Shown: positions 13,803-26,346 of the stretch, piece by piece
Layout: each line of letters opens with the position of its first letter
Position numbering within the stretch: position 1 is the first letter of the stretch
NCBI GenBank assembly: GCA_965235115.1
Contig: OZ249436.1
Coordinates: 1,800,001 to 1,864,000, forward strand
From: Laetmonice hystrix
Taxonomy: Eukaryota
DNA length: 64,000 nt
Direction: 5' to 3'
Translations under genes and position numbers: made by a program
Notes under the pieces: generated by a model
What the model was told of the DNA's origin: nothing
The model's input: the letters and a program-made list of their open reading frames with translations, nothing else
The model's database searches: none

Positions 13803-14752
13803 CCCCGTCCCCCGGCCTCTGGATCCTACAGTAAGTTACCCCGTCCCCCGGCCTCTGGATCCTACAGTAAGTTACCCCGTCCCCCGGCCTCTGGATCCTG
13901 CAGTAAGTTACCCCGTCCCCCGGCCTCTGGATCCTACAGTAAGTTACCCCGTCCCCCGGCCTCTGTATCCTACAGTAAGTTACCCCGTCCCCCGGCCTCT
14001 GTATCCTACGTAAGTAACCCCGTCCCCCGGCCTCTGGATCCTGCAGTAAGTCCCGTCCACCGGCCTCTGGATCCTACAGTAAGTTACCCCGTCCCCCGGC
14101 CTCTGGATCCTACAGTAAGTTACCCCGTCCCCCGGCCTCTGTATCCTACAGTAAGTTACCCCGTCCCCGGCCTCTGTATCCTACAGTAAGTTACCCCGTC
14201 CCCCGGTCTCTGGATCCTACAGTAAGTTACCCCGTCCCCCGGCCTTTGTATTCTAAAGTAAGTTACCCCGTCCCCCGGCCTCTGTATCCTACAGTAAGTT
14301 ACCCCGTCCCCCGGTCTCTGGATCCTACAGTAAGTTACCCCGTCCCCCGGCCTCTGGATCCTACAGTAAGTTACCCCGTCCCCCGGCCTCTGGATCCTAC
14401 AGTAAGTTACCCCGTCCCCCGGCCTCTGTATCCTACAGTAAGTTACCCCGTCCCCCGGCCTCTGGATCCTACAGTAAGTTACCCCGTCCCCCGGCCTCTG
14501 GATCCTACAGTAAGTTACCCCGTCCCCCGGCCTCTGTATCCTACAGTAAGTTACCCCGTCCCCCGGCCTCTGGATCCTACAGTAAGTTACCCCCGGCCTC
14601 TGGATCCTACAGTAAGTTACCCCCGGCCTCTGGATCCTACAGTAAGTTACCCCGTCCCCCGGCCTCTGGATCCTACAGTAAGTTACCCCGTCCCCCGGCC
14701 TCTGGATCCTACAGTAAGTTACCCAGTCCCCCGGCCTCTGGATCCTGCAGTG
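13803..14752. repeat. Minisatellite, 36-bp unit, ~26 copies
   Basis: Unit agtaagttaccccgtcccccggcctctggatcctac. Confidence 0.97.
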
Positions 14753-14983
14753 TCTCCCTTCACGTTTTCTTTTCTTTTGTAGGCAGGCTACAATTGTACA
14801 TGCACAGACCGCCCACGACTTCACGGCCAGGCCTGAGATCCTACATAATAGCTGATTGCTGATTGGTCAGTTTCAGCAGAGCCAGGGTCTAGGCGGCCAG
14901 GCAGACAGACCCGCTGTGATTCCTTAATTCCCCGCCAGGGGGACGCTTGCTATGTTTTCAAGGTCAGACATCGCGGGATGGAA

Positions 14984-15032
14984 CACAGGAGCCTCGTCCG
15001 ACTATAGACTTCGAACGGGCGAGGCTCCTGTG
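14984..15032. repeat. 49-bp inverted repeat (17-bp stem)
   Basis: cacaggagcctcgtccg-N15-cgggcgaggctcctgtg, one mismatch. Confidence 0.85.
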
Positions 15033-16312
15033 GATGGATTGAGGAGGAACATTGTCTTCAACTCTCTCAGGTCAACAAAGATGGCAATTAAACATCGATA
15101 ATTCTATACCACGTAGGTCTATAGATCTATAGTCACGAAGACAATTAATGCAGTGGATGTAAGGTGTAGCCATAAAAATAATTTTCCAATTGGAAAGTTT
15201 AAAATAGATCCATCACATTCGTCATTTATTACATCGAGACGACTGACCGGTGCCAGGCAACATGTCGTAACGGCTATGTCATAACAAATGGTACAAGCCT
15301 CGTCCTATATAGTTTCACCTATAAAATATTAGGCCTATTCCTAAAAAACGTCGTCTTGTATATCTTGACTTATGTCTACGACTCAGCTACGGCTGAAAGA
15401 TAATCAACCAAAATGAATAAATTGAAATGTGTTAATTAAGTTAGTGATATAGAAGAAGACGATAGGAAATTACTGTTTTTTGTCGACACTTTGTCAATTT
15501 ACTGAACGTTTTGGCCGGGAATGAACTCTGCTGTTAGCGTTGTAACGGGTTAGTGTCGGCCGCATGTTTTAATGGGTTATTTTCATGAAGATTGATCACC
15601 CACAGACCTGTCAGCGGTATGATCAATAGCTGGACCACCAGTCGACCTCTTTCTCAGCATGTCGGGTAAAAAACTACAATATGTTGCTCATCCCAGTCAT
15701 GTTGTAGGGTAGAGATTCTACCCTCAAGGGTTGGAAACTAACCCTGGAGGAGCCAAAACACGGGATCCTCTCTCGCTTAACTTCCAACGTCGTCTTGGCG
15801 CATGCCCAAGTAGCCTATGAACTTAGTTCACTTTGTGTAATAAATTTATAAATAGATTGCGGTTGATAGTGAATCACAACGATTGGTCAGTAGTTGTGTT
15901 ATAGAGGCTGTCCGATATGTTCTCCGTTAAACTTACCAACTGCATGCCATAAACATTCTACGTGTAGAGTTTGAACTTACCTGTGACCTTGGACTAGTTA
16001 TTAGGCCTAACCAAACCAAAGTATATCCTGCGACCTGTGATTTATAACCATAATTATTTCATAATTATTAGTTATCTCCGCCAGTCTCCGCATGCAGATA
16101 CCAAAACCCCAATATTTATGTTCACACAAAAGTAAATGTATATAGGCTATATTATGTCCGCATACTATATCTATGATAATATATATGCACGTAGGCCTAC
16201 ATTAGATTATGTGTCACATACAACGCCTTGCAATGGGATGACCTTTGACCCCGATGATGGACGTGGACACATACTGAAGGATGGACAGCAGAGAGGTGAT
16301 TGATAGCTGTCA

Positions 16313-17249
16313 GTGTCAAGGCTGTCCCCTTGACGACAGACTCACTGTCAAGGTTGTCCCCTTGACGACAGACTCACTGTCAAGGTTGTCCCCTTGACGA
16401 CAGACCCACCGTCAAGGCTGTCTCCCTTGACGACAGACCCACCGTCAAGGCTGTCTCCCTTGACGACAGACCCACCGTCAAGGTTGTCCCCTTGACGACA
16501 GACCAATGTCAAGGTTGTCTCCCTTGACGACAGACCCACCGTCAAGGTTGCCCCCTTGACGACAGACCCACCGTCAAGGTTGTCCCCTTGACGACAGACC
16601 AATGTCAAGGTTGTCTCCCTTGACGACAGACCCACCGTCAAGGTTGCCCCCTTGACGACAGACCCACCGTCAAGGTTGTCCCCTTGACGACAGACCAATG
16701 TCAAGGTTGCCCCCTTGACGACAGACCCACCGTCAAGGTTGTCCCCTTGACGACAGACCAATGTCAAGGTTGCCCCCTTGACGACAGACCCACCGTCAAG
16801 GTTGCCCCCTTGACGACAGACCCACTATCAAGGTTGTCTCCCTTGACGACAGACCAAATGTCAAGGTTGTCTCCCTTGACGACAGACCCACTATCAAGGT
16901 TGTCTCCCTTGACGACAGACCCAATGTCAAGGTTGTCCCCTTGGCGACAGACCCACTATCAAGGTTGTCTCCTTGACGACAGACCCACCGTCAAGGCTGT
17001 CTCCCTTGACGACAGACCCACTGTCAAGGTTGTCCCCTTGACGACAGACCCACTATCAAGGTTGTCTCCTTGACGACAGACCCACCGTCAAGGCTGTCTC
17101 CCTTGACGACAGACCCACTGTCAAGGTTGTCCCCTTGACGACAGACCCAATGTCAAGGCTGCCCCCTTGACGACAGACCCAATGTCAAGGCTGTGCCCTT
17201 GACGACAGACCCAATGTCAAGGCTGCTCCCTTGACGACAGACCCAATGT
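16313..17249. repeat. Minisatellite, 30-33-bp hairpin unit, ~29 copies
   Basis: Unit gtcaaggttgtccccttgacgacagacccacc with internal gtcaagg/ccttgac inverted repeat. Confidence 0.96.
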
Positions 17250-17252
17250 TTA

Positions 17253-17503
17253 GATTTTGTTATCTAAACCTAGAGTCTAAACATTGATTTTGTTATCTAA
17301 ACCTAGAGTCTAAACATGGATTTTGTTGTATCTAAACCTAGAGTCTAAACATGGATTTTTGGTGTCTAACCCTAGAGCCTAAACATTGATTTTTGGTGTC
17401 TAAACCTTGGGTCTAAACATTGATTTTGTGATCTAAACCTAGAGTCTAAACATGGATTTCGTTGTATCTAAACCTATATATTTATATTTTGTTATCTAAA
17501 CCT
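17253..17503. repeat. Diverged minisatellite, ~33-bp unit, ~7 copies
   Basis: Unit gattttgttatctaaacctagagtctaaacatt; directly abuts the previous array. Confidence 0.9.
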
Positions 17504-18463
17504 CGGGCTTGTAATAATTTATTATAAGCGCAGGGCCGATGATAATTTATTATTTAAGTTGAGATAAACGCATGTAAGGCCAACACATATAATAAATCGA
17601 AAGTTACTTAAAAGTAAAGTCTGGGCATCTATTTTCGACGATTCCGTTTCGAGTGATTTCATTATATTTTATCCTATTTCATCCCTTGCCCACCGTTACA
17701 GAACCCTATGTACGTGTACCATGCATTTTGTCGCTATATAAGAAACTAGAACCTCGGAAATAGGTCAGAAGCGCCGCCCCCGACCCCCCACATTACTGTG
17801 ATCGAGCCCTGGCCGGCACACTGGTATTGGCCTTCTACATAAATTATGTGGCGCTCGAGTACCTTCACAGGGACGGACAATATTTACTCTATTGTTATAC
17901 CAATAACCTTTCTGGCGTATCCATCAGGAGGACTTTCTCAAACAGAAACAATGTCTACCTATGGCAGAGAGCCATGCTCGGAATGGGTGACGGATTTATT
18001 TAGCGAGGACCTACCCCAATGCTTTACCCCATGTCTTGTCGAGTTTGAGGGTATCTTTTAAGAACATGAAATATTTAGTGATTGGGAATCTCCAAGGGTT
18101 TGTTCTGACATGCGAACCGTAAACGGCAACGCTGTGGGTGGTATGAGTCTGCCTGCTGGATCATCCCGCCTCGATAATAACAACACTGGTTATAGATCTA
18201 TCGGCAAACCGGGGAGTATCCAGGCGCAGATTTAGGGCGATTTTTTTGTTGGGGGGTTCTTTTGTTTTGTTTTATAACCCGGCCATGCTGGCACATTAAA
18301 ACAGTTTTATTGTAACTCTTTAATAAAGAAATTAAAATTCGTGTTCAATTACAAATCACTTTGGGGGACTCCACAAGAGTCTTTAATGGTGCTACCACCC
18401 ACCCACCCCCTCCATACCTCCTTGATGGTGCAAGAAGACGCCAGAGCCCCTTGATGGTGCAAT

Positions 18464-18524
18464 AAGAAGAAGAAGCAGAAGAAGAAGAAGCAGAAGAAGA
18501 AGCAGAAGAGGAAGAAGAAGAAGA
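18464..18524. repeat. (GAA)n microsatellite
   Basis: Imperfect GAA/GCA run. Confidence 0.9.
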
Positions 18525-18840
18525 ATTCATACTCCTTACAGAATACGACAATGAAGATTAAGAGAACATAAACAATCCCCCAAGTTCTTTTTCGGTACAA
18601 TACCTTTCATATTATCTAGCACGCTTTTTTTTTCGCGGATAATTCAAACAGAATAGCCATAGCTCAAGGATTACGTTACTTGTCGAACAGTAAAAGAATA
18701 CCGTAAGTGAAAAGAGACGCGTATACAGCCGCAGCGCGGTTCGTGGTGTTTCCACAACCAGTATCGCCACCTGGTAGCATTTATCAGAACTACGCGATAT
18801 TACCGTGCGAGTGTGCCGATGAGAATCTCCTACAGATAAT

Positions 18841-20067
18841 CGAGGTCTGACTGTAACCGAGGTCTGACTGTAACCTAGGTCTAACTCTAACAGAGGTCTG
18901 ACTCTAACCGAGGTCTGACTGTCACCAAGGTCTGACTCTAACTCTAACCGTGGTCGGACTCTAACCGAGGTCAGACTCCAACCGAGGTCTGACTGTAACC
19001 GAGGTCTGACTCTAACCGAGGTCAGACTGTAACCAAGGTCTGACTCTAACCGTGGTCGGACTCTAACCGAGGTCAGACTCCAACCGAGGTCTGACTGTAA
19101 CCGAGGTCTGACTCTAACCGAGGTCAGACTCCAACCGAGGTCTGACTGTAACCGAGGTCTGACTCTAACCGAGGTCAGACTGTAACCAAGGTCTGACTCT
19201 AACCGTGGTCGGACTCTAACCGAGGTCAGACTCCAACCGAGGTCTGACTGTAACCGAGGTCTGACTCTAACCGAGGTCAGACTCCAACCGAGGTCTGACT
19301 GTAACCGAGGTCTGACTCTAACCGAGGTCAGACTGTAACCAAGGTCTGACTCTAACCGTGGTCGGACTCTAACCGAGGTCAGACTCCAACCGAGGTCTGA
19401 CTGTAACCGAGGTCTGACTCTAACCGAGGTCAGACTCCAACCGAGGTCTGACTGTAACCGAGGTCTGACTCTAACCGAGGTCAGACTGTAACCAAGGTCT
19501 GACTCTAACCGAGGTCTGACTCTAACGGAGGTCTGACTCTAACTCTAACCGTGGTCTGCCTGTAACCGAGGTCGGACTCTAACCGAGGTCGGACTCTAAC
19601 CGAGGTCTGACTCTAACCAAGGTCTGACTCTAACCGAGGTCTGACTGTAACCTAGGTCTGACTCTAACCGAGGTCTGACTGTAACCTAGGTCTGACTCTA
19701 ACCGTGGTCTGCCTGTAACCGAGGTCTGACTGTAACCGAGGTCTGACTCTAACTCTAACCGTGGTCTGCATGTAACCGAGGTCTGACTGTAACCGAGGTC
19801 TGACTCTAACTCTAACCGTGGTCTGACTCTAACCGAGGTCTGACTGTAACCGAGATCTGACTGTAACCGAGGTCTGACTGTAACCGAGGTCTGACTGTAA
19901 CCTAGGTCTGACTCTAACTCTAACCGTGGTCTGCATGTAACCGAGGTCTGACTCTAACCGAGGTCGGACTCTAACTCTAACCGAGGTCTGACTCTAACCG
20001 AGGTCGGACTCTAACCAAGGTCTGACTCTAACCAATGTCAGACTCTAACTCTAACCAAGGTCTGACT
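18841..20067. repeat. Minisatellite, 17-bp unit, ~70 copies, with 153-bp higher-order repeat
   Basis: Unit taaccgaggtctgactc; variant cgtggtcgga recurs at ~18949, 19051, 19204 and 19357. Confidence 0.96.
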
Positions 20068-20402
20068 GACTGCCAGTCTTTATTTACCGTCTGTACATCT
20101 CGTCCTGGGTTTCCGTCCGACTAATGATGACCTTTAGGGAGGTCCTCCTCGCCTTGGGTCAAATATCTGTCTGGCTGCGGAGTGGAGCGATGTAGACACT
20201 AAGAACGATTACAGGCGTGGTTCAGTCCACGGTGAGGTCAGTCCAGAAACTATGAATCATTGAACACACAAAACAACTGACCACTCTCCGGACATTGAAC
20301 ACACAAACCAACTGACCACTCTGCGGACACGGGAGAAAACAACTTCAGCAAAGTGTAGCCGCCGCCAAAACAAAGAAAGTCAAAGTTCCCGAGGCGCGGT
20401 AA

Positions 20403-21464
20403 TGACTGCAGGCCTGATGTGTGATGGCTTGGTTATGTACATTCGGTGTAAGATTTGACTGCAGGCTTGATGTGTGATGGCTTGGTTATGTACATTCGGT
20501 GTAAGATTTGACTGAAGGCCTGATGTGTGATGGCTTGGTTATGTACATTCGGTGTAAGATTTGACTGCAGGCTTGATGTGTGATGGCTTGATGATGTCTA
20601 CATTCGGTGTAAGATTTGACTGCAGGCCTGATGTGTGATGGCTTGGTTATGTACATTCGGTGTAAGATTTGACTGCAGGCCTGATGTGTGATGGCTTGGT
20701 TATGTATACATTCGGTGTAAGATTTGACTGCAGGCCTGATGTGTGATGGCTTGATGATGTATACATTCGGTGTAAGATTTGACTGCAGGCCTGATGTGTG
20801 ATGGCTTGGTTATGTCTACATTCGGTGTAAGATTTGACTGCAGGCTTGATGTGTGATGGCTTGATGATGTCTACATTCGGTGTAAGATTTGACTGCAGGC
20901 CTGATGTGTGATGGCTTGGTTATGTATACATTCGGTGTAAGATTTGACTGCAGGCTTGATGTGTGATGGCTTGATGATGTCTACATTCGGTGTAAGATTT
21001 GACTGCAGGCCTGATGTGTGATGGCTTGGTTATGTATACATTCGGTGTAAGATTTGACTGCAGGCTTGATGTGTGATGGCTTGGTTATGTACATTCGGTG
21101 TAAGATTTAACTGCAGGCTTGATGTGTGATGGCTTGGTTATGTACATTCGGTGTAAGATTTGACTGAAGGCCTGATGTGTGATGGCTTGGTTATGTACAT
21201 TCGGTGTAAGATTTGACTGCAGGCTTGATGTGTGATGGCTTGATGATGTCTACATTCGGTGAAAGATTTGACTGCAGGCCTGATGTGTGATGGCTTGGTT
21301 ATGTACATTCGGTGTAAGATTTGACTGAAGGCCTGATGTGTGATGGCTTGGTTATGTATACATTCGGTGTAAGATTTGACTGAAGGCCTGATGTGTGATG
21401 GCTTGGTCACCTTATTGACATCATGGGTCGACAGTGGTCATGTCTACATTCGGTGTAAGATTTG
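20403..21464. repeat. Minisatellite, 53/55-bp unit, ~19 copies
   Basis: Unit tgactgcaggcctgatgtgtgatggcttggttatgtacattcggtgtaagatt; a partial copy follows a short interruption near 21410-21440. Confidence 0.96.
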
Positions 21465-21642
21465 ATGGCCTTTCCCCGCATCATACCTTTCCAGGCTCGT
21501 ATACTGTTATATAGAACTACACTAATTGGTACTTTCTACACGGCTGGAGCAGATCTAAGGCATACTCTGCCTTATCATTTTAAAAACGTTTCTATCGAGT
21601 AACGTTCCGAACACATTTATAACACAAACTAATATGCCATTC

Positions 21643-22333
21643 AAAACGTTTCACTAGGATACTCCACACTACGTTATCTGGGATACTCCACAAAACGTTA
21701 GCTAGGATACTCCACAAAACGTTAGCTAGGATACTCCAAAAAACCTTAGCTAGGATATACTCCACAAAACGTTAGCTAGGATATACTCCACAAAACGTTA
21801 ACTAGGATATACTTCACACTGCGTTAGTTAGGATATATACTCCACAAAACGTTGGCTAGGATATACTCCACAAAACGTTAGCTAGGGTACTGCACGAAAC
21901 GTTCGCAAGGATATACTACGCAAAATGTTAGCTAAGATACTCCACAAAACGTTAGCTAGGATATACTCCACACTACGTTAGCTAGGATATACTCCACAAA
22001 ACGTTATCTAGGATGTATACTCCCCAAACGTTAGCTAGGATACTGCACGAAACGTTAGCTATAGGATATACTACACAAAACGTTAGTTAGGATATACTCC
22101 ACAAAACGTTAGCTAGGATATACTCCACAAAACTTTAGCTAGGATATACTACACAAAACGTTAGCTAGGATGCTCCACAAAACGTTAGCTAGGATATACT
22201 ACACAAAACGTTAGCTAGGATATACTACACAAAACGTTAGCTAGCACACTCCACAAAACGTTAGCTACTTTACACAACGTTAGCTAGGATACTCCACAAA
22301 ACGTTAGCTAGGATACTGTACCAAACGTTAGCC
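21643..22333. repeat. Diverged minisatellite, 24-26-bp unit, ~27 copies
   Basis: Unit ggatatactccacaaaacgttagcta. Confidence 0.94.
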
Positions 22334-22737
22334 AGCTCACGAAGCACCTCTCATGAACGAGCTGCAGTAATATATTATATATAATAATCGTCACTGCCGG
22401 TAATGACCACGGTCTTCCTAACAATGTTATCTTAGATCCCAGCAGTTCTCCAGCCTTGAAGCGACACGTCGGCTGAGTTGTAGGAGTGCCCCTCATCAGT
22501 ACTCTGTCGCTCCGGGTCGTCCAGAAAGGACCGGGGTTTTATGGTTATAGGTATAGCTTGAGGGGCTCATCCATAAACCCTCAGGGGTGTGGTGTGGAAA
22601 GACAAGTGGCATACAGAAGCTCAGTTATATATAGTATGAACAATGTTACATACGTTCAGCCTTTGCTTGGCGTCATTTTCTACGTCTCCTTGTCTGTGTG
22701 TCCTTTTCTTCATTTATCCCAGTTTTACTCAATATGT

Positions 22738-23304
22738 TGCTCAATCCGTGCGCATTCAGTAGGTGACCTTGAGTCTCTGTCCTTCTTCACGCTCAATCCG
22801 CGCGCATTCAGTAGGTGGCCTTGAGTCTCTGTCCTTCTCCATGTCAATCCGCGCGCATTCAGTAGGTGACCTTGAGTCTCTGTCCTTCTCCATGCTCAAT
22901 CCGCGCGCATTTAGTAGGTGACCTTGAGTCTCTGTCCTTCTCCATGCTCAGTCCGCGCGCATTCAGTAGGTGACCTTGAGTCTCTGTCCTTCTCCATGCT
23001 CAATCCGCGCGCATTCAGTAGGTGACCTTGAGTCTCTGTCCTTCTCCATGCTCAATCCGCGCGCATTCAGTAGGTGACCTTGAGTCTCTGTCCTTCTCCA
23101 TGCTCAATCCGCGCGCATTCAGTAGGTGACCTTGAGTCTCTGTCCTTCTCCATGCTCAATCCGCGCGCATTCAGTAGGTGACCTTGAGTCTCTGTCCTTC
23201 TCCATGCTCAATCCGCGCGCATTCAGTAGGTGACCTTGAGTCTCTGTCCTTCTCCATGCTCAATCCGCGCGCATTCAGTAGGTGACCTTGAGTCTCTGTC
23301 CTTC
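22738..23304. repeat. Minisatellite, 52-bp unit, ~11 copies
   Basis: Unit tgctcaatccgcgcgcattcagtaggtgaccttgagtctctgtccttctcca. Confidence 0.97.
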
Positions 23305-23904
23305 ATCCGCAGCCCAGATCCCAGTCACACGTGACCGAATATGATCATAATTATTCTCTGATTATATTATTTCTGCGTATTTTTTTTTCTCTCTCTTGAC
23401 ATCATTTATCCATTCTTTCCTCTCCTTTTCTCTGCTCTCTATTCTCTCCTCCCCTCACAATATTACCGTGCGATTATACAGATCGACTTGCTCGGAGACA
23501 CAGGTGACCCCCCTCTCTTTTTCTATCACTATCTCTATCTCTCCCTCTCTGTCTCTCTATATGTCTCTTCTCTGTCTCACCTTTCTACCCCCCATAATAT
23601 GTGTCTCTCTCTCCTCTCCCCCTCTCGTCTCAATGACACAACCCTCTACTCTCCATACGAACATGTTTAGTTGACCATACCGGCAAACATCACTTTTCTT
23701 ACAGAACGTTGGTTCCCCACCACTACGTATATCCCAGCATCATTTTGTTCATATCTGACCCCAAGTCTGACCACCGTGTTCTACAGCATAAAACGTGCCA
23801 GAAAATGTTTGAGGGTGGTGTTTGAAGAGGGTAAACCGAGGGCAACGTCCATGGAAGCTCTATTCAATGTTATATTTATAACATGATTCCACATAGACGT
23901 ACTA

Positions 23905-24125
23905 CAGCATGTCCCCAAAAAATGATAGTCTGTGTTCCACTGTCAAAAAGAGATACTGGTTGTGATCAGTAATGCGTGACCCTGTCAACACCAAACTTGC
24001 TGAGAGTTATCTAGGGGGATCAAACATTATGATCAACTTCAAAATTCAAAATTCGATAATCCTCTAAAATATCTAAGTGTATTGCACACCTAAAGTTAGA
24101 CTATCATTTTTGGGGGGACATACTG
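23905..24125. mobile_element. Tc1/mariner-like MITE, ~221 bp
   Basis: TA|cagcatgtccccaaaaaatgatagtct ... agactatcatttttggggggacatactg|TA: ~28-bp TIRs, CAG ends, TA on both sides. Confidence 0.8.
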
Positions 24126-24861
24126 TATATCAACGACACATCATGTTAATAGTTACCCCTGACCGACACCAATCCTGGAGAAAAAACGAAAAATGTACCC
24201 AGGTTTTACCTGTATACTTTACCTGTTAGTTCTCTATCAACACATCGTTTGTCCGACACAGTGTTAGCGGCTCTATGGAGCAAATTGTAAATGTTCGTAA
24301 ATTACACCTTTAAATAGTAACTACATGTACCTCCAATGCCGTGGTAAAGACCTGTTTATATGAGGCTTCGCATTGTCACAACATCTAATATGTACAAACA
24401 GATTGTCAAATCAAGATTAAATCTCACAGACTCACAGACATTATACTTCATTACGGAATCAATATAGATTTAGATGTACATTTTTGTTTTTATACTTTTC
24501 AGATGAGGCAATGAAAACAATCCTGACGTTCCCAGATTGTGAAGTTCGTAACGAATTTGCTGATTGAACTGCTCAGAAATATCCCCAAAATGTACTCTAA
24601 ACTGTCCACAACAGATTACCACTGTAATTAGGGGAGTACGATGATAATGAAGAAGCGTACACTAGACCGGAAGTTTAACGGCCAGGCCCTTGACGTAATT
24701 GATGGAAGTTTATTTGGTTTTTTTTATGACTTATGTATAATAACATGCCTATATATTAACTGGTGTTTTGTATCCTCGCAAAAATCGAGTTCATGGCCTC
24801 TATGAATCGGGGGGGGGGGGGGTATTTACCTTCTCTTCCATTCCCTCCTTATCCTTCATAT

Positions 24862-24938
24862 TCTCCTCCTCCTCCTCCTCCTCCTCCTCCACCACCACCT
24901 CCCCCTCCTCCTCCTCCCCCTCCTCCTCCTCCTCCTTC
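24862..24938. repeat. (CCT)n microsatellite
   Basis: Imperfect CCT/CCA run; source of the poly-Pro and poly-Ser ORFs. Confidence 0.9.
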
Positions 24939-25586
24939 TCGAAATATTAAAACTTCCGATTATTTCTCCAATTTAAGAGGACAATTTAAAGAATTGCGTC
25001 ACCATATTCTCCGAGTTCTATCGCTGTGAGAAATTAAAACAGTTTTCATTACGCATTGATTCATAGGCAGTGCCGCCCAAACATCGCTATCTCATAAAAC
25101 TGTTGGCAAATGTAGCTTCCTCATAAATTTGTATCTTCCTACGTGAAGACCCGGCACAAACCGAACGAATTATTAACGTCCTATCACTGCGTGCGACCGG
25201 TTCACTGGGGAATATTAATACGCCGGCACAGACCAACAGCGGAATATTCAGTTAAAGATTTAATGTGGTGTACAGCCAAACTATTAATGTGTTCCCGGTC
25301 GATGCAGCCTTGTGTTGGGTTTATTCCACACCATAGTATGAGAGACATCGAGATGTCACATACTTGGCAAGACATTTGTGACACATCTTCTGTGTGACCT
25401 TGGGTTGAGTAACTGCCCAGTTGCAGATACCAGAAATGGTTCTGAAAACTGGCTGGCCCCATTATTGATAGATTACATATGTCTTCACGCGACGTCCTGT
25501 AACATTAGTAGGTTCGCATGATGGATCACCGATTCGTGCCATTCCTCGCCACCACGTTAACCGAAAAACGGCGCGCTCACACGCTA

Positions 25587-25605
25587 CGCCGCTAGGGGGC
25601 GCTGC
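25587..25605 (+). promoter_or_regulatory. CTCF-like motif
   Basis: cgccgctagggggcgctgc closely matches the CTCF core CCASYAGRKGGCRS; motif match only. Confidence 0.55.
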
Positions 25606-25937
25606 AGTCCACTACAGACGGCCTAACGTCAGGGTTAGTCCTGTAGGAGGGAGACAACAGCCGACATTTGTGCGTGGGTGAATGTTCTCTCGTGCATTGG
25701 ATTACGTCGGCTTCAGTCAGACATAGGCAGTAAAAAAATATCTAAAAACGTTATTTAGATATGTTAATTCCCTATAACTCAAATAGTTGAAAGGTATAGA
25801 ATGAAATATGGGGGAATCAGAATAGAGTATCTACTTGTGTTTTCGCCCCTTGCATCTAAATGAGATATTGTTACAGTACTTTTATGAAGGAGACAAAATC
25901 AACTGGCGTTGTTATTTTATATTCACTTTATAAACCG

Positions 25938-26200
25938 ACACTCAACACCAAATACTCAAAACCCAACACTCAACACCCATCACTCAAAATTCAACACTCA
26001 ACATTCAACACCCAACACTCAACACCCATCGCTCAACACTCAACATTCAACACTCAACATCCAACACTCAACATTCAACACTCAACATCCAACACTCAAC
26101 CCTCAACACCCAACACTCAATATTAAACACCCAACACTCAACACTCAACACCCATCACCCATCACCCAACACTCAACACTCAACACCCAACACTCAACAC
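25938..26200. repeat. 7-bp tandem repeat (caacact)n
   Basis: Imperfect heptamer array. Confidence 0.9.
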
Positions 26201-26346
26201 AAACACCTGCCGGGTAATACTTCTATAAACCCACAACAGTCGACCTGACAGATACTGTGTGGAGTCCATGCCCTGAGATTGTATAAATGTGTACTGAAGA
26301 TTTACCATGGTTGTCAGAGTAGCAATTCATACTTGTGTCAATATAC

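Noticed and set aside
17830..17885. Peptide AFYINYVALEYLHRDG resembling kinase subdomain VIa
   Set aside because: No following H/YRDLKxxN motif, no convincing splice donor and no other kinase exons seen.
25202..25462. GHTEDV, a WD40-like motif in a minus-strand ORF
   Set aside because: Isolated hexapeptide without the downstream WD40 pattern or clear exon boundaries.
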